Part shown: in pieces, positions 58,816 to 64,000 of the stretch
Position numbering within the stretch: position 1 is the stretch's first letter
Layout of the letters: every line of letters begins with the position of its first letter
DNA from: Candidatus Latescibacterota bacterium
Lineage (GTDB): Bacteria > Latescibacterota > UBA2968 > UBA8231
Reading direction: 5' to 3'
Length of the DNA: 64,000 nucleotides
Assembly (NCBI GenBank): GCA_965242865.1
Contig: CBDETK010000013.1
Span: forward strand, 2,784,001-2,848,000
Translations under genes and position numbers: made by a program
The notes under the pieces: generated by a model
The model's input: the letters and a program-made list of their open reading frames with translations, nothing else
Told to the model about the DNA's origin: nothing
Databases searched by the model: none

Positions 58816-59055
58816 GAGGATTCCGCAGACGAAGCATGTTGGGACCACGAATTGGCTTGGCAGATTCTGTCTTTGGCTCTGGAAGCGTGGTGGCGCGGGG
58901 AGATTTCGCAGGGACGGCTGTTGGAAGTGGGGCGGTTATTGGATATTGACGACGCGACGATTTTCGATTTGGCGGAATGAGGCCCTTTGAATGCCGCAGC
59001 AAGGCCCAACGCCGATTGTCCTCGACACTTCGATCTTGCTGAATTTTGTCAAGAT
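58816..59055 (+). repeat. About 240-bp imperfect direct repeat of 54125-54363 (IrrE 3' end + PIN 5' end)
   Basis: Long shared blocks such as GGAAGCGTGGTGGCGCGGGGAGATTTCGCAGGGACGGCTGTTGGAAGTGGGGCG and CGATTGTCCTCGACACTTCGATCTTGCTGAATTTTGT. Confidence 0.92.
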
Positions 59056-59082
59056 ATGCACATAAATAAAAAAGGACGACAA

Positions 59083-60165
59083 ATGGGAAGACAACAGAAT
59101 ATCTCAACCCCTGCCCAACAACTTGTTGGTAGAAAGCTACAAAACGGCTGGAAGGTCGAAAAATTGATTGATCGCTCGGAAAACGCGACAGGGGGGTACT
59201 TCTCCATCTCCTACATCGTTCGCTCTGCTAACGGAAAAAGATCCTTTCTCAAAGCAATGGATTACACAAAAGCACTAGAATCACCGGATCCAGCTAGAGA
59301 ACTACAAGCCATGACTACAGCATATAACTTTGAACAGGACGTTCTAAAAAAGTGTGAATCTAAGAAGCTGTCTCGCATAGTTAGACTTCTTGACTCTGGA
59401 ACACTGCCAGCCCAAGGAGGGGATCCAAGTAGCGTTGTTCAGTATCTTATTTTTGAATGGGCAGACCACGACATTCGGTCGTTTATCGATGATTGGAAAC
59501 AGGCTTTTGAAACGGCTTGGGCTTTAAGGACAGTGCATCAGGTAGCAGCAGCATTGCAGCAGCTTCACTACGTGGAAATAGCGCATCAAGATATAAAACC
59601 GTCAAATGTTCTGATCTTTGAAAATAACAACTCTAAGCTAGCCGATCTGGGAAGGGCATTTGATCGTCATAGCACGTCGCCCCATGATGAATCAGTCTGT
59701 GCGGGAGACCTAGCCTACGCACCGCCGGAGCTGCTATATGGATATGTTCCTCAAGACTGGAGGATACGGCGATTAGGGTGCGACCTGTATCTATTGGGCA
59801 GTCTTGTTGTATTCTTTTGCACTGGAGTTTCTATGACGCACCTGCTTTTAAACCGACTAGATGAGCAACATTTCTATACAAACTGGGGAGGTAACTACAA
59901 AGAAGTACTTCCATACCTTCAGAGTGCTTTTGCACAGATTATTCGGGAGCTTCAAGAAAAAATCCACTCTAACTTTACTGACGACATTACGGAAATGATA
60001 AAACAGCTCTGTAACCCTGATCCCGATCGACGTGGGAATCCCAAAAACATTAGATATAGCGGTAACCAATACTCTATTGAGCGGTATGTGTCTATTTTTG
60101 ATCGTATCGCCAAGAAGGCAGAATGGTCACTAACACGTAGGGATTCTATCAGGAGATCGGACTAA
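59083..60165 (+). CDS. Hanks-type Ser/Thr protein kinase (cytoplasmic)
   Basis: GGYFS, FLKA, HQDIKPSN, LADLG, YAPPE, DLYLLG, P...RR. Confidence 0.88.
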   Translation: MGRQQNISTPAQQLVGRKLQNGWKVEKLIDRSENATGGYFSISYIVRSANGKRSFLKAMDYTKALESPDPARELQAMTTAYNFEQDVLKKCESKKLSRIVRLLDSGTLPAQGGDPSSVVQYLIFEWADHDIRSFIDDWKQAFETAWALRTVHQVAAALQQLHYVEIAHQDIKPSNVLIFENNNSKLADLGRAFDRHSTSPHDESVCAGDLAYAPPELLYGYVPQDWRIRRLGCDLYLLGSLVVFFCTGVSMTHLLLNRLDEQHFYTNWGGNYKEVLPYLQSAFAQIIRELQEKIHSNFTDDITEMIKQLCNPDPDRRGNPKNIRYSGNQYSIERYVSIFDRIAKKAEWSLTRRDSIRRSD

Positions 60166-60167
60166 TC

Positions 60168-61712
60168 ATGGCTGGATTTATTATTGATGCAGACCGCAAG
60201 GTTATTCCTCGCTGGAGAACATTTGACCAGACTCTGAGGCTCGGTGAGCTCAACTCTATCGCACCTTCCCGAAAACATCATCAGGGCACTTCTGACTTCT
60301 TGGTGTCAAAAATTAGAGACTGGTTGGAACACCAGACAGTGGGCCATGCGGCGGATCTCGTTGGTTCTGCTCTCACACTCGGAAAAGAAAAAGAGGAAAG
60401 AGAGGTCCCCGAAGCAGCAAGATTTCTACTACAAGAAGATATGAGTGTTTCTCCGTGGGCAAGAGAGCTTGCAAAACAAGCGTTAAAAGCTCCTGAAGAT
60501 ACTGAGATAGTGTCGTCTCCCGAGGCGTTAGAGGAATTAACCTTACATAAAAAGATCGGGACCCTCAGACACCTATTGCGTACTGAGCCCAAAGATCCAA
60601 TCACTTGGGTGGAACTTTCTCGTCTCTATGCTATATTAGGACACAGCGACCAAGCGGAAAAAAGCATGACTGTCGCGTTACAACTGGCTATGAACAATCG
60701 TTTCGTTCTACGTTCAGCTAGTCGTCTCTGGATATATCGCGATGATCCGGAGAAGGCTCACGACATCATTGGAAAGGCAGATAGAACCCGTTATGATCCT
60801 TGGCTGTTAGCAGCGGAGATTGCTATTGGTAGTATTAACCAAAGAAAACCAAAATTTGTTAAATCCGCACGGCGAATGCTATCAGACGGAAAAATTTTAC
60901 CTGCCCATATAAGTGAACTCGCATCAGCCATAGCGACATTGGACTTAGCCTCTGGTAGCATCAAAAGTTCAAAAAAACTTTTCAGACTATCTTTGAATCA
61001 TCCAACTGAGAACAGTATCGCTCAGGCTGCTTGGGCGTCAAGAGAGAAAAGCATAATTACCCTCCGCGACGAATACTTGGAGCGTCCCCATACCTTTGAG
61101 GCCCGTTTTTGGTACTTCTATAGTCAAAGTCTATGGAAAGAGGCTGTTCAGGAGTGTGAGTGGTGGCAGTATGACCAGCCATTTTCAAAAAGACCGGGTA
61201 TTCATGGTTCATATGTATCCGCGGTTGCACTTGGAGATTACGAGAGAAGTGAACAATTTGCTAGACAAGGACTTATGGCAAAACCAAAGAAGCCCATACT
61301 CCTCTTAAACAATTTAGCCTTCGCTCTTATTAATCGCGGCGATACTGAGGGAGCGAAGAAGGAGTTGTCAAAAGTCAAATGCTTGCAGCCATCCGACCAA
61401 GAATGGGTATCCTTACAAGCAACTCGGGGACTTTTGGCATTCCGAACTGGAAATGTAGATCTTGGTCGGAAATTGTACTCGGAGGCGCGTTCAAAAGCAC
61501 GAGCAATGAAGGATCGCAAACTGTTTGCCTTGGCATCTTCATTCTATGCGATTGAAGAAATCTCACAGAATACCCCAGATGCCAATTCTATACGGTCTGA
61601 AACACTTCATGCCTTACAACGAGAGCACGATCCAATCTTTAGGGTGCTCGAACACAAGCTCACCACAAAGGCAGGAACACCAAAGATTGACAGCAACCCA
61701 TGCCGACCCTAA
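60168..61712 (+). CDS. TPR-like helical repeat protein
   Basis: P.DPITWVELSRLYA.LG....A, LLNNLAFAL...G....A, ATRGLLAFR.G....G..LY..A. Confidence 0.75.
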   Translation: MAGFIIDADRKVIPRWRTFDQTLRLGELNSIAPSRKHHQGTSDFLVSKIRDWLEHQTVGHAADLVGSALTLGKEKEEREVPEAARFLLQEDMSVSPWARELAKQALKAPEDTEIVSSPEALEELTLHKKIGTLRHLLRTEPKDPITWVELSRLYAILGHSDQAEKSMTVALQLAMNNRFVLRSASRLWIYRDDPEKAHDIIGKADRTRYDPWLLAAEIAIGSINQRKPKFVKSARRMLSDGKILPAHISELASAIATLDLASGSIKSSKKLFRLSLNHPTENSIAQAAWASREKSIITLRDEYLERPHTFEARFWYFYSQSLWKEAVQECEWWQYDQPFSKRPGIHGSYVSAVALGDYERSEQFARQGLMAKPKKPILLLNNLAFALINRGDTEGAKKELSKVKCLQPSDQEWVSLQATRGLLAFRTGNVDLGRKLYSEARSKARAMKDRKLFALASSFYAIEEISQNTPDANSIRSETLHALQREHDPIFRVLEHKLTTKAGTPKIDSNPCRP

Positions 61713-63238
61713 CGTGGCTCACACGTGACGCCGACCTCCGCGACGCCATCCAAGTCCCCTATCGTCTCCTCGAAGAGGCCCCCGACCTTTCTACCGGCGC
61801 CCCAGACACCACCAACGCCCTCATCCAAGGCGACAACCTCGAAGCCCTCAAAGCCTTGCTGCCGTTCTACGCCGGTCAAGTGAAGTGCATCTACATTGAC
61901 CCGCCGTATAACACGAGGTCTGCCTTTGAGCACTACGACGACAATCTCGAACATACGCAATGGCTGGCGATGATGTGGCCGCGCCTTGAACTTTTGCGCG
62001 ACTTGCTGGCCGAGGATGGCTCCATTTGGGCGTCCATTGACGACAACGAATTGCACTATCTCAAAGTCATCATGGACGAGGTCTTTGGACGGAAGAATTT
62101 CGTGGCTAATGTCATCTGGGAAAAAAAATACGCGCCGCAGAACGATGCAAAATGGCTTTCGGATAGCCACGATCATATTGTTTGCTTTGCAAAAAGCAAG
62201 GAGAGGTGGCGACCGAATCTGTTGCCGCGAACCGACGAAATGAACGCCCGCTATAAGAACTTGGACGACGACCCAAGAGGCGAGTGGAAAATCAGCGGCT
62301 TAGATGTCAAGACGTATTCCGCCGTTTATGACTATCCCATCACCACTCCATCGGGACGGGTCGTCAACCCACCTGCGGGTCGTTGTTGGGTCGTTTCAAA
62401 GGAACGCTTTCAAGAACTGGTAGCGGATAACCGAGTATGGTTTGGCAAACACGGCAACAACGTGCCTTCCATAAAGCGGTTTCTCTCCGAAGTGAAACAA
62501 GGCACAGTTTCCAAGACCTTGTGGTATCGCAAAGAGGTAGGCGACAATCAGGAGGCCAAACGGGAAGCCCGCGTCTTTAACGAAGCGGAGGTTTTCGGCA
62601 CGCCCAAACCCGAACGCCTCATCCAACGCATCCTCCACCTCGCCACCAACCCCGGCGACCTCGTCCTCGACTCCTTCCTCGGCTCCGGCACCACGGCCGC
62701 GGTCGCGCACAAAATGGGCCGACGCTACATCGGCATAGAAATGGGCGAGCACGCCATCACCCATTGCGTCCCGCGCCTGAACAAAGTGATTGATGGCGAA
62801 CAAGGCGGCATCTCCAAAAGCGTTGGCTGGCAGGGCGGCGGCGGCTTCCGCTTCTACCGCCTCGGCCCGCCAGTGTTCGACGAGGAAGGACATATCCGAG
62901 CAGACATCCGCTTTCCCGTGCTGGCCGCGCACATCTGGTTCAGCGAGACCGGCCGGGCGTGGAATGGCGACGGAAACTCGCCGTTTCTCGGTCTGCACGA
63001 TGACCGCGCCTACGCCCTGCTCTACAACGGCATGCTGAGAGACAAGCGACCAGGCCGCGGCAATGTTTTGACCCGGGCGACCCTCGCTGCGATTCGGGCG
63101 GAAATTGCGCACGAGGCTCCTGTTTTTAACGGCCCGCTCACGGTCTATGGCGAGCAGTCGCGCTTGACGCCAGCGACGCTCGACCGGGAGGGCATCGCCT
63201 TCAAACAGACGCCCTACGACGTGCGATCGAGAACCTGA
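61700..63238 (+). CDS. mod: Type III R-M methyltransferase subunit
   Basis: IQGDNLEALKAL, IYIDPPYNT, TPKPE.L, DSFLGSGTT, RYIGIE. Confidence 0.92.
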   Translation: MPTLTWLTRDADLRDAIQVPYRLLEEAPDLSTGAPDTTNALIQGDNLEALKALLPFYAGQVKCIYIDPPYNTRSAFEHYDDNLEHTQWLAMMWPRLELLRDLLAEDGSIWASIDDNELHYLKVIMDEVFGRKNFVANVIWEKKYAPQNDAKWLSDSHDHIVCFAKSKERWRPNLLPRTDEMNARYKNLDDDPRGEWKISGLDVKTYSAVYDYPITTPSGRVVNPPAGRCWVVSKERFQELVADNRVWFGKHGNNVPSIKRFLSEVKQGTVSKTLWYRKEVGDNQEAKREARVFNEAEVFGTPKPERLIQRILHLATNPGDLVLDSFLGSGTTAAVAHKMGRRYIGIEMGEHAITHCVPRLNKVIDGEQGGISKSVGWQGGGGFRFYRLGPPVFDEEGHIRADIRFPVLAAHIWFSETGRAWNGDGNSPFLGLHDDRAYALLYNGMLRDKRPGRGNVLTRATLAAIRAEIAHEAPVFNGPLTVYGEQSRLTPATLDREGIAFKQTPYDVRSRT

Positions 63239-63240
63239 TC

Positions 63241-64000
63241 ATGCAGCTCAAGCAATACCAGACGGACACCTTGTCCACGCTGCGCCGCTTCTTGGAGGAA
63301 GCCCGCATCGCCGGGGCGAAAAACGCCTACGAGTCCATCGCGCAAGAGCCAGGACAAGCCGCACGGGGTTACGGTGGACGCTATGAGCCGCTGGCCAAAC
63401 TGCCCAACGTGCCCTACGTGTGCCTGCGGCTGCCCACCGGCGGCGGCAAAACCATTCTCGCCGCTCATGCCGTTTCTGTCGCCCGCGACGCTTGGATCGA
63501 AAAGGATCATCCACTGGTGCTGTGGCTGGTCCCGACGAATACCATTCGCCGGCAAACCGCTGAAGCCCTCAAGAACCCCCGCCATGCGTATCGGCGCGTC
63601 TTGGACGACGCATTCGCCGGCCGGGTGCGCGTCTTCGACATTGCGGACTTCACCCATATCCGACCACACGACCTGCGCGACCACTGTTGCATTGTGGTCG
63701 GCACCATCCAGACGCTGCGGGTGAAAAGCACCGAAGGGCGCAAAGTGTATGCCCACAACGAAGAGATGGAACCGCACTTCTCCGCAGTGCCGCAAGCCGC
63801 ATCGGGCCTAGAGAAGCTGGACAACGGCGGCGTCAAATTCTCTTTCGCCAACCTACTCCATCGGCACCGCCCCCTGATGATCGTCGATGAGGCGCACAAC
63901 GCGGTCACCGGCCTGACGCGGGAAATGCAGGCGCGGGTCAACCCCTGTGCCATCGTCGAGTTCACAGCGACGCCGCAACGCAAGTCAAACATTCTGTACA
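63241..64000 (+). CDS. res: Type III restriction subunit/DEAD-box helicase, 5' part (runs off the window; absent from the ORF track)
   Basis: MQLKQYQ...CLRLPTGGGKT...LWLVP...IVDEAHN...EFTATP. Confidence 0.88.
   Translation, partial: MQLKQYQTDTLSTLRRFLEEARIAGAKNAYESIAQEPGQAARGYGGRYEPLAKLPNVPYVCLRLPTGGGKTILAAHAVSVARDAWIEKDHPLVLWLVPTNTIRRQTAEALKNPRHAYRRVLDDAFAGRVRVFDIADFTHIRPHDLRDHCCIVVGTIQTLRVKSTEGRKVYAHNEEMEPHFSAVPQAASGLEKLDNGGVKFSFANLLHRHRPLMIVDEAHNAVTGLTREMQARVNPCAIVEFTATPQRKSNILY

Noticed and set aside
58987-59082. N-terminal extension of the kinase ORF
   Set aside because: Derives from the duplicated, frameshifted PIN start; the real start is more likely ATG 59083 after AAAGGA.

Overview
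GC-rich bacterial chromosome segment. The LRR/YWTD surface lipoprotein, sulfatases, PhyH dioxygenase and dense TA/RM content suggest a host-associated lineage, possibly a marine-sponge symbiont such as Ca. Latescibacterota (inference only). A housekeeping backbone (serC, ssb, Prx, dCMP deaminase, thrS, proS, purA) is interrupted by many accessory cassettes. These include three type III R-M loci (4 mod and 3 res genes; one locus has tandem mod alleles plus a PLD nuclease, another has a broken res), several TA-like pairs and an AAA-ATPase+PIN pair. A defence island at about 53-64 kb carries XRE-ImmA/IrrE + PIN, a CBASS operon (patatin effector, CD-NTase, E2-fold/SEC-C protein with a nonsense codon) and a Ser/Thr kinase + TPR pair. 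Most notable: (i) several cassettes are bounded by direct repeats that duplicate the host gene junction (stop codon, RBS or promoter), with no integrase or transposase in the window; (ii) an unannotated Thr-rich leader peptide and terminator (attenuator) lie upstream of thrS; (iii) the CBASS variant and the kinase-TPR module both sit behind copies of the same IrrE-PIN junction. No CRISPR array, rRNA or tRNA was seen. All protein assignments come from motif recognition by eye; no searches were run.
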